Source of the DNA: Mobula hypostoma
Lineage: Eukaryota
Assembly: GCF_963921235.1 (NCBI RefSeq)
Contig: NC_086097.1
Span: 44,146,001-44,210,000 of the forward strand
Direction: 5' to 3'
DNA: 64,000 nt
The translations under genes and the position numbers were made by a program. Each line of letters opens with the position of its first letter. Within the stretch, counting starts at the first letter, position 1. The notes below the pieces were generated by a model that saw only the letters and a list, made by a program, of their open reading frames with translations, searched no databases and was not told the origin of the DNA. Shown here one piece after another: positions 13,248-24,936 of the stretch.

Positions 13248-13958
13248 GCACTGAGGCATGCTGTAGAACAAAGGGATCTGGGAATACAGGTCCATTATTC
13301 ACTGAAAGTTGTGTCACAGCTAGATAGGGTCATAAAGAAAGTTTCTGGCACATTGACATTCATAAATTAAAGTATTGAGTACAGGAGTTGGGATGTTATG
13401 TTGAAGTGGTATAACACATTGGTGAGGCCTAATTTGGAGTATTGTATGCAGTTTTGGTCACCTGCCTACAGGAAAGATGTAAATAAGATTGAAAGAGTAC
13501 AGAGAAAATTTACAAGGATATCGCTGGGACTGGAGGACCTGAATTATAAGGAAGGATTGAATAATTTCAGACTTTATTCCTTAGAGTGTGGAAGACTGAG
13601 GGGTGATTTGATAGAGGTATACAACATTATGAAAGGTAAATGCAGACATTTTCCTCTGAGGTTGGGGGGGACTATGACTAGCGGTCATGGGTTAAGGGTG
13701 GAAGATGAAAAGTTTCAGGGGAACATGAGGGAAAACTTCTTCACTCAGAGGATGTGGAACAAGCTGCCAACACAAGTGGTGCATGCAAGCTCGATTTCAA
13801 CGTTTAAGAAAAGTTTGGATAGGTACATGGATGGTAGGTGTATGGAGGGGTATAGACCTGATGCTGTAACTACTCGATGGGAGTAGGTAGTTTAAATGGT
13901 TCAACACAGACTAGATGGGCCGAAGGTCCTGTTTCTGTGCTGTACTTTTCTATGACTC
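13248..13958 (+). mobile_element. CR1 LINE 3' fragment
   Basis: ORF 13398..13886 contains LVRPNLEYCMQFWSP and RLRGDLIEVY. Confidence 0.9.
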
Positions 13959-14726
13959 TAGTTACGGTTGACATTCTGAAGGATTTCTTCTTCCTCCTCT
14001 TCTTTATAGAAAAGCTCTCAGGGTGGCGAAGATGATTTGTTTCCACTATGGCCATGAGGTCACCGAAACTAGCCAGTGTGGGAACTATAATCTCTTCCCC
14101 CGGTGGGACAGGGGATCTCTGACAAGGCAGGCCAGTCAGCAGATGCAGAGATGGTGTGCCCCTCCCCCGCTGACGCAAGGCAGGTGTACAGATGATGCAA
14201 AGAGCTGAGCTTCATAACATCATATTATGATATTATATGATATCATATAATATCATATCAAATCTTCCTGATTTGTGCATTGTGGGTCAGTGAGGAGGTA
14301 GCATTTCTTTAAATGCATCTCTGAGCACATCCCAGAATCTTTTCCCCTGTCTGGTAATTTGCACAGTGACAGAGTTTAGAACGGAGTTTCTATTTCAGGA
14401 ATGTGGTGTGAGGCATCTGAGTAGCACAGCTTGTTCGACATTGCTGATCGAAAGTGCTCGGAGCCTAATGCCGGGAATAGTGGCCTTGGCAAAGAATACT
14501 GGCATCGATTTGCTTACCCTTCCACTGAATTTGCAGGATTTTGTTGAGACAGTATTTTTCCTGCTGTATGGAATCCAGTTTGAAGCAATTCAGGAGAGAA
14601 ATGAATGCTGCCAATAGACTATCTCTGTCAAAGCGGAAGTCTTGATCTTCAGGCATGCTTTTTCCATAACCAAACAAAGGCATTGAAGGTGATGATAAAT
14701 TTCAACATCAATGTCTCACTTCACTG

Positions 14727-15012
14727 GGCAGGACAGTAGCGTAGTGGTTAGCACAGTGCTTTACTGTGCAGGCGACCTGGGTCCAAATCCTGCTGCTTCT
14801 TGTAAGGAGTCTACACGTTCTCCCCATGATCGCACAGGTTTCCTCCGGGTGTTCCAGTTTCTTCCCAAAGTCCGAAAACGTATCAGTTGGTAGGTTAATT
14901 GGTCTTTGTAAATTGTCCCATAATTAGGCCAGGATTAAATCAGGGGATTGCTGGGCAATGTGGCTTGAGGGGCCGGAAGAGCTGTTCCATGTTGTATCTC
15001 AATAAAAATAAA
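14727..15012 (+). mobile_element. tRNA-derived SINE, same family as 12268
   Basis: tagcgtagtggttagcac head, with body and tail shared with 12268-12530. Confidence 0.75.
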
Positions 15013-15326
15013 TATGAGAAGTGATCTACACTGTGACCCGTTATTGTTAGAGAGCAGTGTAGTACAGCAGGGGCAGGTTGTTAGATGACTTTGCCTTGAA
15101 GATGTTGAGCATAAGGCCTAATCTCCTGTATGCTTCTATGAAATAGTCAATGCTGGTCTGGAGCTCAGCATCTGAGTGTGAACAAGCCCAAGTGTCACGT
15201 CGTGCTGCCTAGCTAGTCTCGGGAGCTCTTGGTCAAGACATTTTTGGAGCATATGCAAAAAGGGTGTGAGGAGTTAGGAGGGAGACAGTGCTATTCGGCA
15301 TAAACCCACTTGTGTGTTTGGCTTGA

Positions 15327-15356
15327 GTGTGTTTGTGCATGTGCGTGTGCGTGTGC

Positions 15357-15418
<62 letters not shown>
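15327..15418. repeat. (TG)n microsatellite
   Basis: Directly visible GT dinucleotide run with degenerate flanks. Confidence 0.97.
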
Positions 15419-15517
15419 AAAGTACACCTACTAAAGCACGTGAGCATGAATGCTTGTTCAGAAAAGCCTAGTTTGCGGCTGTCTGTTCCCTCCCCCCCCC
15501 CCACCCCCACCATATCT

Positions 15518-15880
15518 GAGATTATCATCTAGTTCTGTGGTATCAGTGAGATTATGACCTAGTTCTGTGGTATCTGTGAGATTATGACCTAGTTCTGTGG
15601 TATCCATGAGATTATGGCCTTGTTCTGTGGTATCAGTGAGGTTATGACCTTGTTCTGTGGTATCAGTGAGATTATGACCTTGTTCTGTGGTATCAGTGAG
15701 ATTATGACCTTGTTCTGTGGTATCAGTGAGATTATAGCCTTGTTCTGTGGTATCCGTGAGGTTATGACCTTGTTCTGTGGTATCTGTGAGATTATGACCT
15801 TGTTCTGTGGTATCAGTGAGATTATGGCCTTGTTCTGTGGTATCAGTGAGGTTATGACCTTGTTCTGTGGTATCCGTGAG
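15518..15880. repeat. 30-bp minisatellite, about 12 copies
   Basis: Unit TATCAGTGAGATTATGACCTTGTTCTGTGG repeats in exact 30-nt register with no spacers. Confidence 0.97.
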
Positions 15881-16103
15881 ATGACAAGTTGCAACAAAAG
15901 AAGCAAGAATCTGGCAACATTCAATCTGCTGATGAAGTTTGAGAACTGGAATGTCAGAATCTTCATGGACGATCCCAACAGCGATACATCTGAGCTTCAT
16001 TATCATGGCCCAGGGACTCAATTGCTTTGAAATCAACATTATCACACTGGATTACACAATACAGGCAGGATAATGGGTCGGTTAAAAAACAAGGTGATTG
16101 GTA

Positions 16104-18744
16104 TGCAGAGTTTCACAAATAAGACCATATGAGGCATTTTATGTTTAAGAAAAACTGTAACAACTCATTTTTTGTACTCCAAAGCCAGAATGCAAAGCAC
16201 AGTAACCGAACTTCACATAGTTACATTGCCACATCAGACCATCCCCTTAAAGTGAACCCCAACTCAATATGGGGGGTTGAGCATTATGTATGTTTCCACC
16301 AGTTACGTTTTCCTGCACAGGCATCCCCACAATTCACTAAAACTGGCATTATGAGCCTGTCCAGAGCTCGGATGAGCTGCCCAGCTCCAGTCCTGTGTTC
16401 CATGGGTGGAGGAACAGCAAATTCCTCTGGCTCATCCAGAGGTGTGTTGACATGTTCATGGTCACATCGTGATGGCAGGGGCATGGTAATAATCCACCAA
16501 AACTTGGGGGGCCGGCTTAAGGTGACCTACTGAAATATATTCCGGTTTACCCTTCTTATCTATGATAAAAAGACTTCTCTCTCCGATCCAAAATGTGGCT
16601 ATTGATAAGGGGGCCTAAGGGAATGTTGGTGTGCACCTTGGAAGATGAAAACAGATGAGACAGAGTGTAGGTCAACAGGAACCCCAGAGTGCAGTAGGCC
16701 ATGATGGGGGGTAGGAATTGAATTTACTGAGGAGAGTGGAACACTGCTGAGAGGCCAACCAGGCGGTCGTGGTGTCAAGAATAAAATCACCTGGTACTCG
16801 TAACAGCTGCCCGTATACCAACTCAGCCGTGGATGGCTGTCCACCCTCTTTTGGAGCTGTTCTGAGCCCCAGCAGGACCCACGGGAGATGATCAACCAGA
16901 CAACCCAGTCTGGCACTTAGCAGGGTTAATAATCAAGCTGTGTTGTCTTAAGCCCTCGAAAAGTTTGTGGAGGTGAGATACGTGTTCAGATGTGGATCCA
17001 CTGGCAACGAGTAGGTCATCCAGGTAAACAAAAAGAAAATCTGAGTCTTTTAATACAGAGTCCATCAGCCTTTGGAAAGTCTGTGCTGCATTTTTCAGCC
17101 CAAACTGCATGTGCAGAAACTCAAAAAGGCCAAACGGGGCTATTACAGCCATTTTGTGAATGTCCTCCCAGCACACAGGCACCTGATGATAGTCCCTAAC
17201 TAAGTCAACTTGGGAAAAAATTCACTTTCCAGCTAAACGTGGTGAAATGTCTTGGATGTGAGGGACTGGGTAACAATCAGGGATGGTGACCACGTTAAAG
17301 CATCAGTAATCCCTCCATGGGTGGCAACCACCATTGGACTTCGGGAGCATATGGAGGAGTGAATCCCTGAGGCTATTCGACCGGCGTACAATGCCGGGTT
17401 TTTCCATGTTGGCAAACTCAGCCTTCGTGGTTGCCACCTTTTCTGGGTCGGGTCTACATGCCCGGGCATGGACTGGTGGGCCGGTTGTAGAAATGTGGTG
17501 CTTGACCCCATGTTTTGTGACGGTAGTGGAGAATGTGGGCTTGGTGAGGTTTCGGTATTCGCCCAGCGGTGAAATAAACTCACCTGTGCTTGCGCTCGAC
17601 AGAGTTGTTGTGGGGAACTTACTGGAGGAAGAGGGTAACGTCCCAAAACCCTTGACATCCACAAGCCAGCAGTTCTTAAGGTTGTCTAATAGTCCTTGGG
17701 CACACAGGTAGTCTGTACAGAGCAGAGGTCCAGCCACTTTAGCCAGGACAAAGTTCCATGTGTAACGTCATCCACAGAATCAGAATGTCACCTGTTGTGT
17801 CCTGTAGGTCTGGATCCTGCTGCTGTTAGCAGACTCCAGCCAGGTTTCTTTGCCTTCTCATCAATAGGCGATGGTGGCAGCACATTCACTTCAGCACCCG
17901 TGTCACACAGGAAGCGTTGCTCTGAATGGGTGTCCATAATGAACGGTAGACGACCCTGGCAGCTGGAACCCATGGTGTTCACAGATCTCTGATGTCCCAG
18001 TGTGCTGGCGCTGTTGAAGCTGCAGGGTGGTCAGTACTTCCTGGTGTTCGTACCAAAGCAGGCATGGTGAAAAGACAGGCCTGGTGTTGTCTGTTTGGAC
18101 TGGGCTTTATTGAGGCAGGGAAGGGAGGAGGAATTATGCACCTCTGGCTGGCTGAGTGTAGACTGGCCAACATTTTACCAAGCTCCCTATAGTTTATTGC
18201 GAGTGCACTAGCAAGGGCTATGCGAATTTGATCAGGCATTTTCTTCATGAAGATCTCTTTAAAAATAAAGCAAGGATGGTGATTTCCCGGGAGAGGCATT
18301 AGTTCTGATGGTTTAGCATCGCTGAGGCCGGGCAAGGAGAGAAGTTGCTTGGCGTGCCCAGACTCCGATAGTCCAAAAGTCAGTAAAAGGTAAGTTTTCA
18401 GCGTTTGGTATTTATCGTGTTCAGGTGGGTACTCAGGCAGACTCACCACTCCCGCGATGCTACCATATTTGGTGTCGTCAGTGGAAATTCCTCACAGAGC
18501 GAATTGGGCCGTGGCTTGTACAAACCAAGCAACAACATTTTGTTTCCAAAACTCCAGCAGTTTCAAAACGACTGTGTTGGCCGACATGTTCAATAACTCA
18601 GGAATTGTCCTAGAGTATCGGGGTTACCAATGTAAGTTTTCGCAAATAAAACAAAGTGAGGCATTTTATGTTTAAGAAAAACCGTAACAACTCATTTATT
18701 GTACTCAAAAGCCTGAGCACAAAGCACAGTAACAGTACTTTACA
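16104..18744 (-). mobile_element. Decayed CsRn1-like Ty3/gypsy LTR retrotransposon with internal deletion
   Basis: Matching LTR segments at about 16104-16319 and 18631-18744. PBS TGGTAACCCCGA (tRNA-Trp-like) at 18618-18629. Protease FLCDTGAE; RT PFGLFEF / AAQTFQRLMD / YLDDLL; integrase tail LRPPY. Confidence 0.85.
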
Positions 18745-19626
18745 ATATTTTTATTAATTTGTTTTGAAATAATAAACTTCTCTGGCAAGTAATCTAAATA
18801 ACTAAAATTAAACAGTAAATAAGAGGTGAAGAGTCCTGATGAAGAGTCTTGGCTCAAAACGCTCTTTTCCATAGATGCTGCTGAGTGTTAGGTGTTTCCA
18901 AAAGAACAGGGAGGGAGGCAAAAGAGGGTGTGGCATTGCTAATCGGGGTCGTGTCCTGGCTGCAGAAAAGGAAGAAGCCATGGAAGGATTGTCTACTGAA
19001 GGGGGCAATAACCCCACTGGGTGTCTTTTATAGACCACTCCCCAATAGTAACAGAGACATCGAGGAGCAGATAGGGAGGCAGATTCTGGAACAGTGCAAT
19101 AATAATAGGGTTGATGTGATGGGTGATCTTGACTTTCCTAAGATTGACTGGCATCTCCTTAGAGCAAGGGGTTTGGATGGGGTGGAATTTGTTAGTTGTG
19201 TTCGGAAAGGTTTCCTGATGTAATATGTAGATAAGCCAAATAGAGGACAGGCTGTACTTGATCTGGTATTGGGAAATGAACCTGGTCAGCTTTCAGATCT
19301 TTTGGTGGGAGAGCATTTTGGAGGTAGTGATCACAATTCTATCTCCTTTACCATAGTGCTGGAGAGGGATAGCAGCAGACAATTTGGGAAAACATTTAAT
19401 TGGTGTAGGGGAAAATATGATGCTATTAGGCAGGAACTTGGGAGCATAAACTGGGAACAGATGTTCTCAGGGAAATGCACAGCAGGGAACATTTGCATGG
19501 AGTTCTGCATAGGTACTGTATGTTCCATTGAGGCGGGGAAGGATGGTAGGGTAAAAGAACCATGGTGTACAAAGAATGTAGAAAATCTAGTTAAGAAGAA
19601 AAGAAAAGCTTACAAAAGGTTCAAGA

Positions 19627-19864
19627 AACATACATCAAAGTTGCTGGTGAACGCAGCAGGCCAAGCAGCATCTATAGGAAGAGGCGCAGTCGACGTTTCA
19701 GGCCGAGACCCTTCGTCAGGACTAACTGAAGGAAGTCCTGACGAAGGGTCTCGGCCTGAAACGTCGACTGCGCCTCTTCCTATAGATGCTGCTTGGCCTG
19801 CTGCGTTCACCAGCAACTTTGATGTATGTTGCTTGAATTTCCAGCATCTGCAGAATTCCTGTTG
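19627..19864. mobile_element. Palindromic Penelope-like-element terminal fragment with 16-bp TSD
   Basis: Perfect inverted arms 19627-19723 and 19734-19830 with a 10-nt spacer. TSD aaaaggttcaagaaac at 19614-19629 and 19865-19880. Confidence 0.85.
19734..19769 (+). ncRNA. Minimal type I hammerhead ribozyme motif (mirror copy on the minus strand at 19688-19723)
   Basis: AGTC-CTGACGA-AGGGTCTCGGCCT-GAAA-C-GTC^GACT: stem I AGTC/GACT, CUGANGA and GAAA boxes, GUC triplet, palindromic ACGT stem III. Confidence 0.7.
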
Positions 19865-22800
19865 AAAAGGTTCAAGAAACTAGGTACTGTCAGAGCTCTA
19901 GAAAATTACAAGGGTGCCAGGAAGGAGCTCAAGAATGAAATTAGGAGAGCTTGAAGGGGCCATGAGAAGGCTTTGGTGAGCAGGATTGAGGAAAACCCCA
20001 AGGTATTCTACAAGTATGTGAAGAGCAAGAGGATGAGCCGTGTGAGAACAGGACCAATCAGGAGTGAGAGTGGAAACGTGTGCATGGAGTCGGAGGAGGT
20101 AACAGAGGTACTTAATGAATACTTTGCTTTAGTATTCACCAGGGAAAAGGACTGTGGGGATGTATAAGAATGTATAAATAATTGTAATTTTATACATATA
20201 AAAAAATGGAAAAGGTTATATGTGTGAAAAAAGTACATGATAATTGTGAACTCCTTATCCAAATAAAAATAAAATTAAAAAAAAAAAGGAAGAGGATGAT
20301 CTAGAGCTTTTGAAAGGTATTAAATTAGATAAGTCACTGGGATCAGACGAGATATACCCCAGACTACTGTGGGAAATGAGGGAGGAGATTGCTGAGCCTC
20401 TGGTGATGATCTTTGCATCATCAATAGGGATGGGAGAAGTTCCAGAGGATTGGAGGGTTGCAGATGTTGCCCCCTTGTTCAAGAAAGGGAGTAAAGATAA
20501 CCTAGGAAATTATAGTCCAGTGAGTATTTCTTCAGTGGTGGGCAAGTTGTTGGAGAAGATCCTGGGAGGCAGAATTTATGCACATCTGGAGAGACATAAT
20601 CTGATTAGGGATAGTCAGCATGGCTTTGTCAAGGGCAGGTTGTGCCTTACAAGTCTGATTGAATTCTTTGAGAATTTAACAAAACAAATTGATGAAGGTA
20701 GAGCTGTGGATATAGTGTGTATGGATTTCAGTAAGCCATTTGGTAAGGTTCCCCATGCAAGACTCCTTCAGAAAGTAAAGAGACCTTGCTTTGTGGATCC
20801 AGAACTGTTGCCCACAGAAGGCAAAGGGTGTTGTAGATGGTTTGTATTTGGCATGGAGGACAGTGACCAGTGGTGTTCACAGGGATCTGTTCTGGGATCC
20901 CTCTTCTTTGTGATTTTTATAAATGACCTGGATGAGGAAGTAGAAGGGTGGGTTAGTAAACTTGCTGATGACACAAAAGTTGGGGGTTTTGTGGATCATC
21001 TGGAAGGTCGTCAGAGGTTACAGTGGGACATCGATAGGATGCAAAACTAGGTTAAGAATTGGCAGATGGAGTTCAACTCAGATAAGTGTGAGGTGGTTCA
21101 TTTCGGTTGGTCAAATTTGAAGACAGAATATAACATTAATGGTAAGATTCTTGGCAGTGTGGAGGATCAGAGAGATCTTGGGGTCCATGTCCATAGGACA
21201 CTCAAAGCTGCTGAGCAGGTTGACAGTGTGATGGCCTTCTTCAACCATGGAATTCAGGTCAAGAGCCGTGAGGTAACGTTAAAGCTATATAAGACCTTGA
21301 TCAGACCCCATTTGGTGTACTGTGTTCAGTTGTGGTATCCTCATTACAGGAAGGATGTAGATACTATAGAGAGAATGCAGAGGAGATTTACAAGGGATAT
21401 TGGCTGGATTGGAGAGCATGCCTTATGAGAACAGATTGAGTGAACTTGGCCTTTTCTCCTTGGAGTGATGGAGGATACGAGGTGACCTGATAGAGGTGTA
21501 TAAGATGATGAGAGGCATCGATTGTGTGTGTAGCCAGGAGCTCTTTTCCAGGGCTGAAATGCCTAACACGAGGCGGCATAGATTTAAGGTGCTTGGAAGT
21601 AGGTACAAGGGGGATGTCAGAGGTAAGTTTTTCACACAGAGAGTGATGGGTGCGTGGAATGCACTGCTGGTGACGGTGGTAGAGGTGGATACAATGGGGT
21701 CTTTTAAGAGACTCTTTACATAGGTACACGGAGCTTAGAAAAATAGAGGGCTATGTGGTAGGGAAATTCTAGGCCGTTTCTAGAGTAGGTTGCATGGTCG
21801 GCACAACATTGTGGGCCGAAGGACCTGTAATGTGCTGTACATTTCTACGTTCTATGTTCTATGTTCCAAAAGAATGAAATAACAGTTGAAGTGTAAATCC
21901 CTGCAGTTAATTACCTCCTCAGTCTCTTGGTTATTGTCATGGTTGTTGGTTGTTCTTGTTAGAGAAGCCAAAAATCTCTTCACAAGTGCCATTCATGGGG
22001 GCTTTCATGCAGGCCATAAGATGTGAACACTTTGAATCCACTATTGCCTGAGATCTGACTGTTTCTAGTGAGGCTTTGTCCAAGAAGAGCAACCTTGTGG
22101 AATCCTTGACACCTTCAACAATCGTCTGTTGATGCTGATGCTTCAGGACCAGGTTGATGGAGACAACAGAGCAGGTTAGTTAGTGATCCATCGTGCAATC
22201 ACAAGTAGCCATCATGGCAAGAGCAGTCTGGATGTGCTTGTACTCCAAAGTATAATCTAGCAGGTGCTGGTACTTGGACCAGGATTATTGCCTTGATTCC
22301 TTTTGCTCAATTTTCTGATGAAACAGTACGGTTGTTGTAACTCAGTGCTCCAAAGAAGGACCACGTTGGAGCTAGTCATCTCCACTTCCTTCGTGTTAAT
22401 CATGCCTGGGCAGAAGTTTACGTCCTTCCTCTCCTTCAACTTGAAGCTGATAAGGAGTTAAATTTAGTTATTTAGATTACTTCCCAGAGAAGTTTGGATT
22501 ATTTCAAAAAAATTTCATTAAAACATTGTTTTGACACGCACTCAATCATGCCAACTTCCGGGGACTGGACACTCTGACTCTCTGGAACATGGATAGCTGG
22601 CACAGCCCCTTGAAAGATTCAAGACTGTCCCACTAGTTTCCAGTCATGTTTTGGGTGCTGACAATTGAGTCTTTAAAGAGCACCTGAACAGAGCCTCACT
22701 GCTCAACCAAAGATATCGTCTGGCCTTGCCTTTTGTGCTCAGTTCTCAATCCAGTTTTATTCCGTTCCTCGATCCTTGCCTCAGACACTACAGCATTTGG

Positions 22801-23094
22801 GTCCAAGCCATCCTCATCAAGGACTCTCATCACAAATATATACTGTGCAAGAAATCCAAAATCAGAGCATGGCTTTATTTACATTTGTGGTCTCATTCCA
22901 TTCAGTGTTACCTGTTCTATATATTTGTATTGTTAGCACTATCTGTGTACGGGGTAACAATTCCATTCGTGCATCCTCCTTGGATGATACAATCTCCAAG
23001 TGTTTGAGATGCTTTTACTCAGCTCTGAAGGATAACTTTGTTCACTCTCCCCCTGCCTGCAAGGATCTGGTGCTGCTGGGTGTGGTATGGCTGT

Positions 23095-23635
23095 GTAGTC
23101 AGTCGCCATTTTATTGGGTACACCTGTAGACCTGCTCGCTAATGCAAATGTCTAATCAGCCAATCCTGTGGCAGCAACTCAATGCACAAAAGCATGCAGA
23201 CATGATCAAGAGGTTCAGTTGTTGTTCGGATCAAACACCAGAATGGGGAAGAAGTGTGATCTAAGTATCTTTGGCCATGGAAAGATTGTTGGTGCCAGAC
23301 AAGGTGGTTGGTGTGGTTTGAGTATCTTAGAAACTGCTGATCTCCTGGGGCTTCCATGCACAATAGTTTCAAAACTTTATGGAGAATGGTGTGAAAAATA
23401 ACAAAAAAAATCCAGGGAGTGGCAGTTCTGTGGGTGAAAGCATCTTGTCAGAGAGGTCAGAGAAGAATGGCCAGACTGGTTCAAGCTGACGGGTAGCAAC
23501 AGTATCTCAAATAACCACAAGTTACAACGGTGAACGGTAATGCAGGGGAGCATCTCTGAATGCACAACATATTGGTAGCAGTAGAAGGCCACACCGAGTT
23601 CCACTCTTGTACCTAATAAGGTGGTCAGTGAGTGT
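23095..23635 (+). mobile_element. Non-autonomous Tc1/mariner element
   Basis: Degenerate TIRs (..gccattttattgggtacacc / gtacctaataaggtggtcagtgagtg). Transposase N-terminus MGKKCDLS...IVGARQGG..SILETADLLG. Confidence 0.8.
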
Positions 23636-24936
23636 CTATTACTTGCTTGAAGTCTGCCTCATACTACTTTGGTGAAGGCACTTCCCCTAGAGTCAGGACT
23701 ATAATTCTCTTATTTAAAGGGTAGAATAACTTTATTTAAATGATGGAATTGGATGTTTTTTTTCAGGGCCTGTTTTCAAGTTTTCAGTTCTCAAGAGCAC
23801 ACCTGCCACTTGATGAATTAGCATTTCTTGATGCTAGTGGGCAAAAGGGAGCTGATGTATCTACTGGATGAAAGGATGTTTCTTGTGGTATGTTTTGCTA
23901 CTCTTGAAGGTGTTCTTTTGAGAAAAAAAAGAACAAGAATCTTTGGGTCTTGCACTCTTTGTGGCTGCAGTCATTGATGGTCAGAGGTGTGCCTCATGGG
24001 TGGAGGATGAAGAATAGAAACAGCAAGGAGGACACCTACTGAGCTGTTGGAGATGCTGGAAGCAGGCACTGTGCCTCACCCACAATAGGCAGCGAGCATC
24101 TCTTCACTGTTACCTTTACTCATGAGCGATGTCTGAGATGCTATCCCTTACCTAGAAGCTTTACTCTCAGATATGGCATCTTCATTGCAAATAAGTCAGA
24201 ACTGGCTCCAGTGGAAAGCACTACTTGACTGTCCAGACGTGCTGGTCCACAGGTTTGTTGCCGTATGCTGCTTTAAATGTGTTACAAATAACACTAGTGA
24301 TTGCTCCTGCATGGAGCCTTTCACTACAACATTAACTCATCCCCATCTCCCAGTGAAGCTGCTGTAATGTGCCTCAAGGTACCCTGCAGATTCAAAGGTG
24401 CTTTATAAATACGCTGTTGTTTTGACAGCCAGGATGCTTCTCCTTTATATGGAGCTCTGTCACAGGAAACGATTCCCAGATGACAGAAGAAAAGCTTCAA
24501 AGATTTTTTCACAGCCTCCTTGAAAAATGCATTATCCCTACAGGCTGCTGTGAATCCCTGGCCCCTTGCTCGTTCCAAGTAGAGAAAGAAGAATTCAGAA
24601 GCTAAGTGTAAATTTAGAAATGGATGCACAGCTCACAAAATGTCTAATTCTCTGTCAGGTAGATCCTGTCCCATCTTTGGAAGTGTCTTTTTAGGATCCA
24701 CCAAATTGAGTTAGAAGCAGCTTATCCTTGCTCTTGGCCTGAAGTTAATGCACTGGCTCTGAAGACTGGAAGAGAGGTGGGCAGGGGGACTTGCCTTTTT
24801 GCTGTGACAAGGGGTATATTTGATCTCTTTAATTAAGATCAACTGGATTGTCAGCAATAGTCTTTTGATACATTTGGATAATGTATCTTTCATGGCAATA
24901 GCTGGCATGCTGTATGTAAGATATGTATGTCTAAGG

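Larger units (their letters stand above)
18886..21866 (+). mobile_element. Long CR1 LINE ORF2 remnant (endonuclease and RT), frameshifted, with nested inserts
   Basis: GVFYRP, MGDLDFP, GSDHNSI, SQHGFVKGRLCLTSL, LADDTK motifs and a CR1 3' tail. Confidence 0.93.

Noticed and set aside
15518..15880. CRISPR-like 30-nt periodic array, or a 195-aa repeat protein
   Set aside because: Units are contiguous with no unique spacers, there are no cas genes, and the context is vertebrate. Open frames follow from a unit length divisible by 3.
19627..19830. microRNA precursor of the DLK1-DIO3 cluster type
   Set aside because: The perfect 97-bp stem is TSD-flanked and multicopy, so it is transposon-derived. 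The mammalian miRNA cluster is eutherian-specific.
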